Source of the DNA: Nitrospira sp.
GTDB lineage: Bacteria > Nitrospirota > Nitrospiria > Nitrospirales > Nitrospiraceae
Assembly: GCA_047150005.1 (NCBI GenBank)
Contig: AP038806.1
Span: 3,808,001-3,872,000 of the forward strand
DNA: 64,000 bases
Direction: 5' to 3'
Position 1 is the stretch's first letter. Each line of letters opens with the position of its first letter. Shown here in pieces: positions 38,234-47,039 of this stretch. Below the pieces are notes generated by a model. The model saw only the letters and a program-made list of their open reading frames with translations. It searched no databases and had not been told where the DNA came from. Both the position numbers and the translations under genes were made by a program.

Positions 38234-38965
38234 ATGCGACTGCATATGTTTCTGTTCGCGTTGATGATCGCTCCCGTCGCCGTCCAGGCCGGCGGTGGAA
38301 CCGGACCGGACATCCCGACTCTGACGGTCAACGGTAACGGCATGGTGACCGTCCAGCCCGATACAGCCTTCGTCACATTGGGTATGGAGACGGCCGCCAA
38401 GTCCCTCTCCGACGCCCAGCGCTTGAACAGCGCGGCGATGCAGAAGGTGATGGAGCGGTTGCAGCAATTGAAGATCGACAAGGATCGCATTCAAACCTCG
38501 TCATTCAACGTGACGCCGCAATATCGGCCTCCCACCAAGCATCCTGTGGACGCGCCGGCTCCGGCGCCGGAGATCGTCGGCTATACGGTGAGCAACCGTG
38601 TCACGGTCGAGATCCGCGATCTGCAGAAAGTCGCGGCGGTGATAGAAGAAACCTCGGCCGCAGGCGCCAACCACTTTCAGGGGTTGCATTGGGGCTTGCG
38701 CGACGAGCAACAGGCGCGTCTGCAGGCGCTCAAGCTCGCGGCGGGAAAGGCCAGAGAAAAAGCCGCGACCCTGAGCGACGCGTTGAATCTCAAACTCGCC
38801 CGTCTGATGAACGTGACCGAAGGGGTTCAGTTCATCCGCCCGGCACCCTATGCAGGACGCGCCATGATGGCGACGGATAGCGGGGGCGGGGACATCCCCC
38901 TTTCATCCGGGGAGATGAAAGTCGAAGCCACGGTTACGCTGAGCTACGAAATCAGCAAGGACTAG
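38234..38965 (+). CDS. SIMPL/DUF541 (YggE-like) periplasmic protein
   Basis: LTVNGNG.V.VQPD.A, IQTS.FNV.PQY, GAN, V.ATVTLSYEI. Confidence 0.92.
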   Translation: MRLHMFLFALMIAPVAVQAGGGTGPDIPTLTVNGNGMVTVQPDTAFVTLGMETAAKSLSDAQRLNSAAMQKVMERLQQLKIDKDRIQTSSFNVTPQYRPPTKHPVDAPAPAPEIVGYTVSNRVTVEIRDLQKVAAVIEETSAAGANHFQGLHWGLRDEQQARLQALKLAAGKAREKAATLSDALNLKLARLMNVTEGVQFIRPAPYAGRAMMATDSGGGDIPLSSGEMKVEATVTLSYEISKD

Positions 38966-39184
38966 CCGGCCGCACTCAAACAATCCATCGAACAGGTCGA
39001 AGAGGAGAGTCGTGACGCGCGGATGACACATCGAGTGGCGACAAAATGAGACGGGGAGCGAGCGTCGTCATGCAACAGCATGAGGACGAAGGAGGAAACG
39101 CCTGGCTCGGTTCTTGTATCTTGTCTATCGCGAACCTCGTTTTGTATAGTAAGCATATTGAAGTTCGCCGCGCGTCGACACACG

Positions 39185-39607
39185 ATGAAACCGCTACTCC
39201 TCCTGGCTTCAACATGCTGTTCGGTATTCCTTCTGTGGTCGGTCGTTGCCGCCGCCGATGCGGACCATACGATGATGATCGGCGGACAGGTCGTCGCGCT
39301 CGGCCCTGAGGCCTTGGGGAACCGCTCCGGTGTGATCGGGAATGCCGGACAGCCGGTGCCCAACCAGGGGACGACGTCCTCATCCACAGTCTTTCGGGAC
39401 ATTCCGTCGATCAGCGGCCGCTATTCGATCGGCGGTCAAACGTTTTTGCCGTATGTCGGTGCGGGATTTGGAAGCGGGTACACCACCGATTTGGACCGTT
39501 CCTTACAACGGCCTCCGGCGGTCAGTTCCGACCAGGGATTACACAGTCAATTCGGTCAAAGCGTGGCACCCAACGAATTCCAGATGGGGATCCGCATCCC
39601 CTTCTGA
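39185..39607 (+). CDS. Hypothetical exported protein (OMP-like C-terminal Phe)
   Basis: Signal peptide; PYVGAGFG; ends GIRIPF. Confidence 0.65.
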   Translation: MKPLLLLASTCCSVFLLWSVVAAADADHTMMIGGQVVALGPEALGNRSGVIGNAGQPVPNQGTTSSSTVFRDIPSISGRYSIGGQTFLPYVGAGFGSGYTTDLDRSLQRPPAVSSDQGLHSQFGQSVAPNEFQMGIRIPF

Positions 39608-39737
39608 ACTCCTGCCTCCCTCTTCCTCGCTGAATCTCGTTCGTACACCCAACCGTCCGTGAATGGCGCCGAACCACCTCGTGCTCCGCTTGTTCCATGT
39701 GTGATAGGCTCCACCAGTCATGAGGGAGGAGGGAACC

Positions 39738-40706
39738 ATGCAGTACGTTCATCTCGGCCGCTCCGGCGTCAAGGTCAGTCGCCTCTGCCTCGGCACGATG
39801 AATTTTGGGCCGCAGGCAAGCGAGACAGACAGCTTTGCCATGATGGACCGCGCGCTCCAACTGGGTATCAATTTTTTCGATACGGCGAACGTCTACGGAT
39901 GGAAAACAGGAGAGGGCTGGACGGAGCAGATCGTCGGACGCTGGCTGGCGCAGGGAGGCCGCCGCGATCAGATCGTCTTGGCGACAAAGGTATACGGCCG
40001 CATGGGCGACCGACCGAACCAGTCCCGGCTATCGGCGTTCCACATCAAGCGAGCCTGCGAAGCCAGCCTGCGCCGGCTCCAGACAGACTGCATCGACCTG
40101 TATCAGATGCATCACATCGATCGGGATACCCCGTGGGATGAAATCTGGCAAGCCATGGAACAACTCGTCCGGGAAGGCAAGGTGCTCTATGTCGGCAGCA
40201 GCAACTTCGCCGGCTGGCATCTTGCCCAGGCGCAGGAACTGGCCCGTAGCCGCCATTTTTTCGGTCTCGCCTCCGAGCAGAGTCTGTACAATCTGATCGA
40301 GCGGACGATCGAACTGGAAGTGATCCCGGCCTGCGAGGCATACGGGATCGGCCTGATTCCCTGGAGTCCGCTCGCGCGCGGGATGTTGGCGGGAGCCCTC
40401 GAGCCGGCGACGTCGGGGCGACGCGCCGACCCGGAGGTTCGAAAGGAGATCGACTTCCATCGTCCCAAGCTGGAAGCCTACGATGCATTGTGCAAGCAAC
40501 TCGGCGAGCGTCCCGCGGATGTGGCGCTGGCCTGGCTGCTCCACCAAAAGGTCGTCACCGCCCCCATCATTGGTCCGCGCACGATGGATCAGTTGAATGA
40601 GAACATGCGGGCGCTGACGCTCACCTTGAGCCGGGAGGCGCTGAAGCGGCTCGACGAGATCTTTCCCGGTCCCGGTGGTCCCGCGCCGGAAGCGTACGCC
40701 TGGTGA
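39738..40706 (+). CDS. Aldo/keto reductase
   Basis: LCLGTMNFG, FFDTANVYG, ATK, IDLYQMHH, WSPLARG. Confidence 0.95.
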   Translation: MQYVHLGRSGVKVSRLCLGTMNFGPQASETDSFAMMDRALQLGINFFDTANVYGWKTGEGWTEQIVGRWLAQGGRRDQIVLATKVYGRMGDRPNQSRLSAFHIKRACEASLRRLQTDCIDLYQMHHIDRDTPWDEIWQAMEQLVREGKVLYVGSSNFAGWHLAQAQELARSRHFFGLASEQSLYNLIERTIELEVIPACEAYGIGLIPWSPLARGMLAGALEPATSGRRADPEVRKEIDFHRPKLEAYDALCKQLGERPADVALAWLLHQKVVTAPIIGPRTMDQLNENMRALTLTLSREALKRLDEIFPGPGGPAPEAYAW

Positions 40707-40984
40707 CCATCGATCGGCCGATCCGCCCCCTCTCCAGCCGACGTGCGGTCCTTGTCGACGCGACGTTTCCCGGAGAGTAGTCGATTGGGCAAGCCATATA
40801 CCGATGCGCGACGCACCAGAGCAAAGGCTGTGTTTGTCGGAAGATTGCGGCGAGTGGGCGATTGGATGAGGCGGTCGCTCATGACAAGTTGTCCCGATAC
40901 ACGACGAAAGCGGCTCGGCCGCGGACACGAGCCTGGGACATTCCCTTGACGCCGCACCGCTGCGACACGGTGAGAACGCGTCGA

Positions 40985-41695
40985 TCAGCGCGGAGCGAAG
41001 ATGAGAAAGTATTGTTTCGAGAGGAAGGTATGTTCCCCGGCGAGGCCGTAGCCGGCGGCGGCCATCTCATCCACGACCGCATCGCGTGGAACCAGATGTC
41101 GTTTGGTGAAGCCGAGATCCCCGGATCGCTCGTCGTGATAGAAATCGACGATCGCGATCCGGCCTCCCGGCCTGAGCGCGGATTTGGTGTTGCGGAAGTA
41201 GACGGTCCGATTTTCCAGATGATGGTAGGTGTTGCAGACAAAGATCAGATCGACCGATTCGTAGGGGAGCTTCGGGTTGTCGGGACGGGCGAGGATGAAT
41301 TCCGCGGTGTAGGGTCGGTGCATGTGGACGAGGCTGTCCTCCACATACTTGAGGGCCTCCGGCTCGATATCGATCGCATAGACTTTACCCGTCTCGGTGA
41401 CGGCTTCGACGAAACGGCGCGTGAAATAGCCGGACCCGGACCCCAGATCGGCGACGGCCATGCCCGGCTTCAGGTCCAACGCCTCAACGACCTGTGTCGG
41501 CTTTTGATCCTGATCCCGCTCCGGCCGGTCGAGTCGATCGAGATAATCCAGCACGCTCGAGGTCGACTGCCGGCCATGAGACGGCTCCGCCGTCGCCGGC
41601 ACCCACGACAGCACGATGCCGAGAACCAGCATCGGGCCGGCCGCGGCCGCGAGCGACGGCCCGGACATCAGCGGAGTGTTGACGGAGATCCTCAT
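40985..41695 (-). CDS. Class I SAM-dependent methyltransferase (exported)
   Basis: VADLGSGSGYF, VYAIDI, LRPGGRIAIVDF. Confidence 0.9.
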   Translation of the reverse strand: MRISVNTPLMSGPSLAAAAGPMLVLGIVLSWVPATAEPSHGRQSTSSVLDYLDRLDRPERDQDQKPTQVVEALDLKPGMAVADLGSGSGYFTRRFVEAVTETGKVYAIDIEPEALKYVEDSLVHMHRPYTAEFILARPDNPKLPYESVDLIFVCNTYHHLENRTVYFRNTKSALRPGGRIAIVDFYHDERSGDLGFTKRHLVPRDAVVDEMAAAGYGLAGEHTFLSKQYFLIFAPR

Positions 41696-41997
41696 CGCTT
41701 GCCGATCGTCTCCTTCAACAAGGCTTTCCATTCGTCTCGGTTGACCGCCGGCATCGTCGTGATCTGAATATGTCCCATCGAGGCGTTCAACACCGCCGCT
41801 TTCATGGCCGTCTTGTTATCGGGAAAGTCCCAGACTGCCACGACGTCGTATTCACCCAGGCAATAATAGGCTTGTACGAGTTTCCCGCCGAGACCCTGCG
41901 CGTGCTTTCGGACCATTTCAGCCCGCTCGATGCCTTTGTCCTTCATGGTCTGGAGCCCGTGCTGGGTGAATTTTACGAGACTGACGTACGTAGGCAT
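41692..41997 (-). CDS. GYD domain protein
   Basis: MPTYVSLVKFT..G, LGEYDVV. Confidence 0.9.
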   Translation of the reverse strand: MPTYVSLVKFTQHGLQTMKDKGIERAEMVRKHAQGLGGKLVQAYYCLGEYDVVAVWDFPDNKTAMKAAVLNASMGHIQITTMPAVNRDEWKALLKETIGKR

Positions 41998-42104
41998 GAC
42001 GTCCTCCTTGGCTAAGAGTGGACGAACGGACGACGACCGATGACGAAATTCTAGGCGTCCTTCACACGCGGGACAAGGGGGAGACACAACCGACATTAGT
42101 TTGC

Positions 42105-42133
42105 TTGACTCGCCTGCGACCGAAGCCTATGGT
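42105..42133 (+). promoter_or_regulatory. Sigma70 promoter of the ncRNA
   Basis: TTGACT-17 bp-TATGGT ending 4 nt before the RNA stem. Confidence 0.6.
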
Positions 42134-42137
42134 ACCC

Positions 42138-42293
42138 GGGTGGGAGGAGTGAACGCCCCGGGGGAATATGGTTCAAAAGGGGGTCGAGCGCTGAGGGTGG
42201 TGTGCAGGCCCAGCTTGTACTGGGAAGCCTAAAGTCCTCCCAAGACCTCCGCCGTACCTGCTGACTCTCGGTAGGTGCGTGCTCCTCCCACCC
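42138..42293 (+). ncRNA. ssrS: 6S RNA-like (SsrS)
   Basis: 12-bp closing stem GGGTGGGAGGAG/CTCCTCCCACCC, central bubble with 3' hairpin, terminal arm with GTGTGCA...GAAGCCTAAA; 156 nt. Confidence 0.65.
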
Positions 42294-42486
42294 TAAGCGA
42301 CCGCTGAAAAGTCCAGCCGCTGACGTTCTCTCGTTTATCCCGGCTCGGACTTGCTCACTCGCTCACCTGCGTCCATCTTCTCTCTTGCCGCTGCTTGCGT
42401 GCTCGTCTCATTTCACGGCTCGGCGATTTGCCTCTCCGTATGTTTTGTGGTACCACAGCACAGCGCAAGTAATCTTGAGAGGGTGA

Positions 42487-44565
42487 ATGCCGAAACAGAC
42501 AGCGTCCGCTCCGGTTGTCGGGTCCGCTCCTTCCGCGTCGCGATCTCCTGAAGCAGCCGTCCAGAAAAACGCCGCCTCCGCGAAACCCGTGCAGCAGGTG
42601 ACCGCGGTCGAGATGGGCGCGCGCCAGCGGGAGATCTCCGTCTCGGAATTCTTCACGAAGAACCGCCATTTGCTTGGCTTCGACAGTCCGAGAAAATCCC
42701 TGCTGACCTGCGTGAAAGAAGCCGTCGACAACGCGCTCGACGCGAGCGAAGAAGCCGGCATTTTGCCGGACGTCACCGTTCGGCTGGAAGTCGTGCCGAC
42801 GAACGGCGCGACGCCGCCCGCGAGCCAGGCGACCCGGTTCCGCATCACCGTGACCGACAACGGTCCGGGCATCGTCCGCCAGCAGATTCCGCGCATCTTC
42901 GCGAAGCTGCTCTACGGCTCCAAATTTCACCGCATGCGCATGAGCCGCGGCCAGCAGGGAATCGGCATTTCCGCCGCCGGCATGTACGGCCAGCTCACCA
43001 CCGGCAAACCGGTCACAATCATCTCCCGCACCGGCCCCCGGGCCGCTGCGCATTTTTTCGAAGTCCAGATCGATACCAAGAAGAATGAGCCGCTCGTCCA
43101 TGAGAACAAGCAGATCGATTGGCACCAGTCCCAGGGCACCGAGGTCACGCTCGAAGTCGAAGGGAAGTATCAGAAGGGCCGGGCGTCGGTGGACGAATGG
43201 CTGGAACAGACCTCCATCGCCAATCCACACGTCAAGCTGATCTACCACACGCCGGAAGGGGAGACGAAGGAGTATCCGCGGACGTACCACGAGCTGCCGC
43301 CGTCACCGCGTGAGATCAAGCCGCATCCCTACGGCATCGAGTTCGGCATGTTCTTGAAGATGCTGCAGGATACCAAGAGCCACGGAGTCGCGGGATTTCT
43401 GAGCAGCGACTTCTGCCGGGTCTCCCCGCAGCTCGCCGAGGACATCTGCAAAGCCGCCAAGGTTTCGCCCCATCTGACGCCGCGCGGTCTGAAGGGTCCC
43501 GCGGCCGAAACGCTGTACCGGACCATTCAGGACACGAAGATCATGGCGCCGCCGACGAATTGCATCTCGCCGATCGGCGAGAAGGCGATCTTGTCCGGCC
43601 TCTACAAACAGATCAAGGGCGAGTTCTACACGGCGGTGAGCCGGCCGCCCGCCGTCTATCGCGGCAATCCCTTTCTCATAGAAGCGGGGTTGGCCTACGG
43701 CACCAGGCCGGCGGATCAACAGAAACCGCAAGCGCCCGCCATGCCGAAAGCGGAAGGGGAGCATGAGGAAGAAGACTCGGAACTCGCGCGGGTCATCCGC
43801 TACGCGAACCGCGTCCCGCTGCTCTACCAACAGTCCGCCTGTTCGACCTTCAAGGCAGTCCTCAGCACGACGTGGAAGCATTACGGCGTCTCCCAGTCAC
43901 GCGGCGCCCTGCCGGGCGGGCCGATGGTGATCTTCGTCCACATGGCCTCGGTGTGGGTGCCTTTCACCAGCGAATCGAAGGAAGCCATTGCCGACTACGA
44001 CGAGATCCAGAAGGAAATCACCCTGGCCCTCCGGGAGTGCGGCAGGCGCCTGGGCCTGTTCCTGCGCCGGCGCGAACGGGCGGCGAGCGAATATCGGCGC
44101 CGAAACATCTTCGAACTCTATATCGAGGAAGTCGTCGACGCCTGCGACCGCCTGAAGGGCGGCACGCTGCCGAAAGCCAAATTGAAGGCCCAACTCCAAA
44201 AGATCGCCACGTCCCGCACCGGAGGCCTGAAGACCGACGAAGCCCTGGGCAAGACCGGCGGCGGTCCGGAGGGCCTCCCGCATTCGATCATCGTCACGGC
44301 GGAGGGCGTCGAAGGAGAAGTGGCGGCGGCATCGCAAATCGAGCCTGACGCCGCGGCGGCCTCCGTTGAACCGGATCTGCTCGGCGGCGACGCACCGCCC
44401 GCGGCGAAACCGTCGCCGGCACGGGCGACCAAGACGAAGCAGTCCAAGACCGGAGCCGGCGGGCCTAGAAGGCAGCCCGCTCCGCAAATGCCGCTCTTCG
44501 ACAAGCCGAAGCCATCCAAGAGATCAAAGAAGCCGGCTCATTCAGGACCACGAGGAAAGAAATAA
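42487..44565 (+). CDS. top6B: DNA topoisomerase VI subunit B
   Basis: GHKL motifs EAVDNALDA, DNGPGI, SRGQQGIG; H2TH; transducer RYANRVPLLY, WKHYG, VPFTSESKEAI. Confidence 0.95.
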   Translation: MPKQTASAPVVGSAPSASRSPEAAVQKNAASAKPVQQVTAVEMGARQREISVSEFFTKNRHLLGFDSPRKSLLTCVKEAVDNALDASEEAGILPDVTVRLEVVPTNGATPPASQATRFRITVTDNGPGIVRQQIPRIFAKLLYGSKFHRMRMSRGQQGIGISAAGMYGQLTTGKPVTIISRTGPRAAAHFFEVQIDTKKNEPLVHENKQIDWHQSQGTEVTLEVEGKYQKGRASVDEWLEQTSIANPHVKLIYHTPEGETKEYPRTYHELPPSPREIKPHPYGIEFGMFLKMLQDTKSHGVAGFLSSDFCRVSPQLAEDICKAAKVSPHLTPRGLKGPAAETLYRTIQDTKIMAPPTNCISPIGEKAILSGLYKQIKGEFYTAVSRPPAVYRGNPFLIEAGLAYGTRPADQQKPQAPAMPKAEGEHEEEDSELARVIRYANRVPLLYQQSACSTFKAVLSTTWKHYGVSQSRGALPGGPMVIFVHMASVWVPFTSESKEAIADYDEIQKEITLALRECGRRLGLFLRRRERAASEYRRRNIFELYIEEVVDACDRLKGGTLPKAKLKAQLQKIATSRTGGLKTDEALGKTGGGPEGLPHSIIVTAEGVEGEVAAASQIEPDAAAASVEPDLLGGDAPPAAKPSPARATKTKQSKTGAGGPRRQPAPQMPLFDKPKPSKRSKKPAHSGPRGKK

Positions 44566-44568
44566 TTC

Positions 44569-45675
44569 ATGGCCGCCCACAGCAAGCAGAAGACGACCGC
44601 GGTCGAACGGAAACTGATCGGGCTTGCCGACATCGTGGTCGGCGCCGCGGAGCGCTCGAAAGATCCGACCTTCTCCATCCCCATCCGCGCGCTCTCCAAC
44701 GTCTCGTTCAACCAGCGCAAGGGCTTGATCGAGATGGGCGACAAGAAGCAGGCGCGCTCGTTCTTCAACGTCGGGATGGCCAAGAAGTTCATGCAGACCG
44801 TGCTCGTGGCGGACGCCCTGTCGGAACTGCAGCGGGCGGACCTGACCACGTCGCTCAGAGAAATCTACTACCGGACGAAGCACACGATCAAAGACTCGCA
44901 TGAAAATACGTTCGACACGCAGGACGAGTCGGACCCGGTCATCGAGGATCTGGAAGTGTCCCTCGCCGCCCTGCGTGAAGAACTGCACGTACGGGCGGAA
45001 AACAGCGGGAGCATCGTGGGTCCCGTCGTCTTCGGCGACGACGGAGATCGCGTCGATTGCTCCAAGCTGGGGAAGGGAGGCTATTCGGTGCCCTCGATTG
45101 TGGAGCCGGAGTATCTGGAGATCCGCCGGTGCACGGCTGATTTCGTGCTGCTGGTCGAGAAGGGCACCCAGTGGAACCGCCTGTCAGAGGACAAGTTCTG
45201 GCGCCGCTATAATTGTGTCTTGCTGACCGGGAACGGCCAACCACCTCGTGGCGTCCGGCGCCTGGCGAAACGGTTGCATGAGGAATACAAACTGCCGGTC
45301 TATGTCCTGGTCGATAACGACCCCTGGGGATACTATATTTATTCCGTCGTCAAACAGGGGTCCATCAACCTGGCGTTCGAGAGCCAGCGGATGGCAATCC
45401 CCAAAGCCAAGTTCATGGGATTGTCGAGCGCTGACCCCGAACGCTATGAATTACCGAGAAATGTCGGCATCAAACTGAATGAAAAGGACATCGCCAGGGC
45501 CAAGGAGCTTATGAACTATCAATGGTTCCAGAAACCGGCCTGGCAGGCGGAAATCAAACGGATGCTCACGAGCGGGTTGAAGTACGAACTCGACAGCCTG
45601 GCGAATAAAGACTTCCAGTACCTCACCAAGAAGTATCTCCCCCGTAAGCTCAAGGAAAAAGACTGGCTCGACTAA
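44569..45675 (+). CDS. top6A: DNA topoisomerase VI subunit A (Spo11 family)
   Basis: REIYY catalytic Tyr, Toprim VEK and DNDPWG. Confidence 0.95.
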   Translation: MAAHSKQKTTAVERKLIGLADIVVGAAERSKDPTFSIPIRALSNVSFNQRKGLIEMGDKKQARSFFNVGMAKKFMQTVLVADALSELQRADLTTSLREIYYRTKHTIKDSHENTFDTQDESDPVIEDLEVSLAALREELHVRAENSGSIVGPVVFGDDGDRVDCSKLGKGGYSVPSIVEPEYLEIRRCTADFVLLVEKGTQWNRLSEDKFWRRYNCVLLTGNGQPPRGVRRLAKRLHEEYKLPVYVLVDNDPWGYYIYSVVKQGSINLAFESQRMAIPKAKFMGLSSADPERYELPRNVGIKLNEKDIARAKELMNYQWFQKPAWQAEIKRMLTSGLKYELDSLANKDFQYLTKKYLPRKLKEKDWLD

Positions 45676-45798
45676 GAGGCCTGATCTGATCGGCCGGCAC
45701 GGCCGCTCCCAGTCGCGATCGACCGCGCCGCGATTCGGACAGATTCCCAGGGAATCACCGAGTGGCACCTCCACGCGATGACCGGCTAACGTTTGTCT

Positions 45799-46164
45799 AT
45801 GACGAAGACGAGGCGGGCGATCGTCCGGGCGGTGTTCCTGCTGAACATGGCTTTGTTCTTTATGGTGGCCGAGCCGGCACAGTCGGCGGATCGGTCTCCT
45901 GCTCCGCAACCTGATTCTCTCCAGACCGCCCCTCCCGAGAATCCGGAAGTCCGGCCCAAAGCGACGCCGCCCGATCTCCCGCCGCCATCCCTTGATCCGG
46001 GCATCGTCAAGCAACCGGAGACGGTTCCGCATCCGGATTCCGTTATCGTCCCGCCCGCCGTCGATCCCGGCATGGCCGTCAATCCGGAGCAGCCGCAAGG
46101 GAAGAAGCCGGACCGGCCCCCTCCACGGGAGAATCCGCAAGACGATCCCGCATCGCGGCGGTAA
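45799..46164 (+). CDS. Pro-rich exported hypothetical protein
   Basis: Signal-like N-terminus; DPGIV/DPGMA repeats. Confidence 0.6.
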   Translation: MTKTRRAIVRAVFLLNMALFFMVAEPAQSADRSPAPQPDSLQTAPPENPEVRPKATPPDLPPPSLDPGIVKQPETVPHPDSVIVPPAVDPGMAVNPEQPQGKKPDRPPPRENPQDDPASRR

Positions 46165-46295
46165 TGAATCACTCGCGGGCGGCACAGCACCACGTCGAAC
46201 GCCTGGTGATCGGCGGATGCCGGGTGGAACACAACGAAGACCGCAGCAGGTCGCGGACGAAACACTGGGGTGAGGATACTCAACCTGGAGCCGAC

Positions 46296-46451
46296 ATGCC
46301 GATGATCGGACAATTGATTCCCGGCGGTTCGGTCGCCTGTTACCACCAAGACCGGATTGAACAGATCAGCCTACAATCCTATCGAGGTCGCTGGGTGGTT
46401 CTGGTGTTCTATCCCGGAGACTTCAGCTTCATTTGTCCGACTGAAATCTGA
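46296..46451 (+). pseudogene. Truncated AhpC/peroxiredoxin N-terminal fragment (51 aa)
   Basis: YRGRWVVLVFYPGDFSFICPTEI then TGA; no Prx-like continuation recognised in any frame. Confidence 0.7.
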
Positions 46452-46516
46452 GGGCCGGCATGGCGACGAGCTGCGCCTTGAACCTTCTTTTCGCCGGGTG
46501 TTAAGATTCGCCTGCG

Positions 46517-46783
46517 ATGCCGAACATCACCTTGCTCGTGTCACCCAGCTGCGGCGCCTGTCCCTCGGCCAAGAGCCTGTGGAAACAGCTGCGCGTGAAG
46601 TACAGCTTTTCCTATCGCGAAGTGGACATCACCACGCCGGACGGCCAGGAGCTGGCCGGTCGCCACGCAGTGCGGGCGGTCCCGGCCACCATCATCGACG
46701 GCCGCCTGACGTTCGTCGGCGTACCCAGCAGAGAGAGCGCGGAAAAGGCCCTGCAGCTCAAAATGCGTCCGCGGGAAGGTTGA
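46517..46783 (+). CDS. Small thioredoxin/glutaredoxin-like protein
   Basis: CGAC, VPATIIDG. Confidence 0.88.
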   Translation: MPNITLLVSPSCGACPSAKSLWKQLRVKYSFSYREVDITTPDGQELAGRHAVRAVPATIIDGRLTFVGVPSRESAEKALQLKMRPREG

Positions 46784-46812
46784 GGATCACCTCAGCTCTG
46801 GAAGCCGGATTC

Positions 46813-46971
46813 ATGATGGACGAAGACGATATCGAGTTACCCATCCTGCCCACGCTCGACAAGGGGCCGCCGCCGGATTGTCCGATCTGCGGAGATCCCA
46901 TGTCCTTTATCGACGGGGATTGGGCCTGCGTCGACTGTAACGGCGAGCTACTCGGGCCGGAAACCGGCTAA
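46813..46971 (+). CDS. Small acidic zinc-ribbon protein (CPxCG type)
   Basis: CPICG...CVDC, 52 aa. Confidence 0.65.
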   Translation: MMDEDDIELPILPTLDKGPPPDCPICGDPMSFIDGDWACVDCNGELLGPETG

Positions 46972-47039
46972 CCGCGGTTCTCAGTCCACCTGCGCAGCAG
47001 GGGCGGCGCCTCAATGGCTCCCCATACTTCCGTTCCCTC

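Noticed and set aside
46449..46481. Selenocysteine read-through of the peroxiredoxin TGA
   Set aside because: The catalytic position is already Cys (TGT); read-through yields 9 non-homologous residues and another stop
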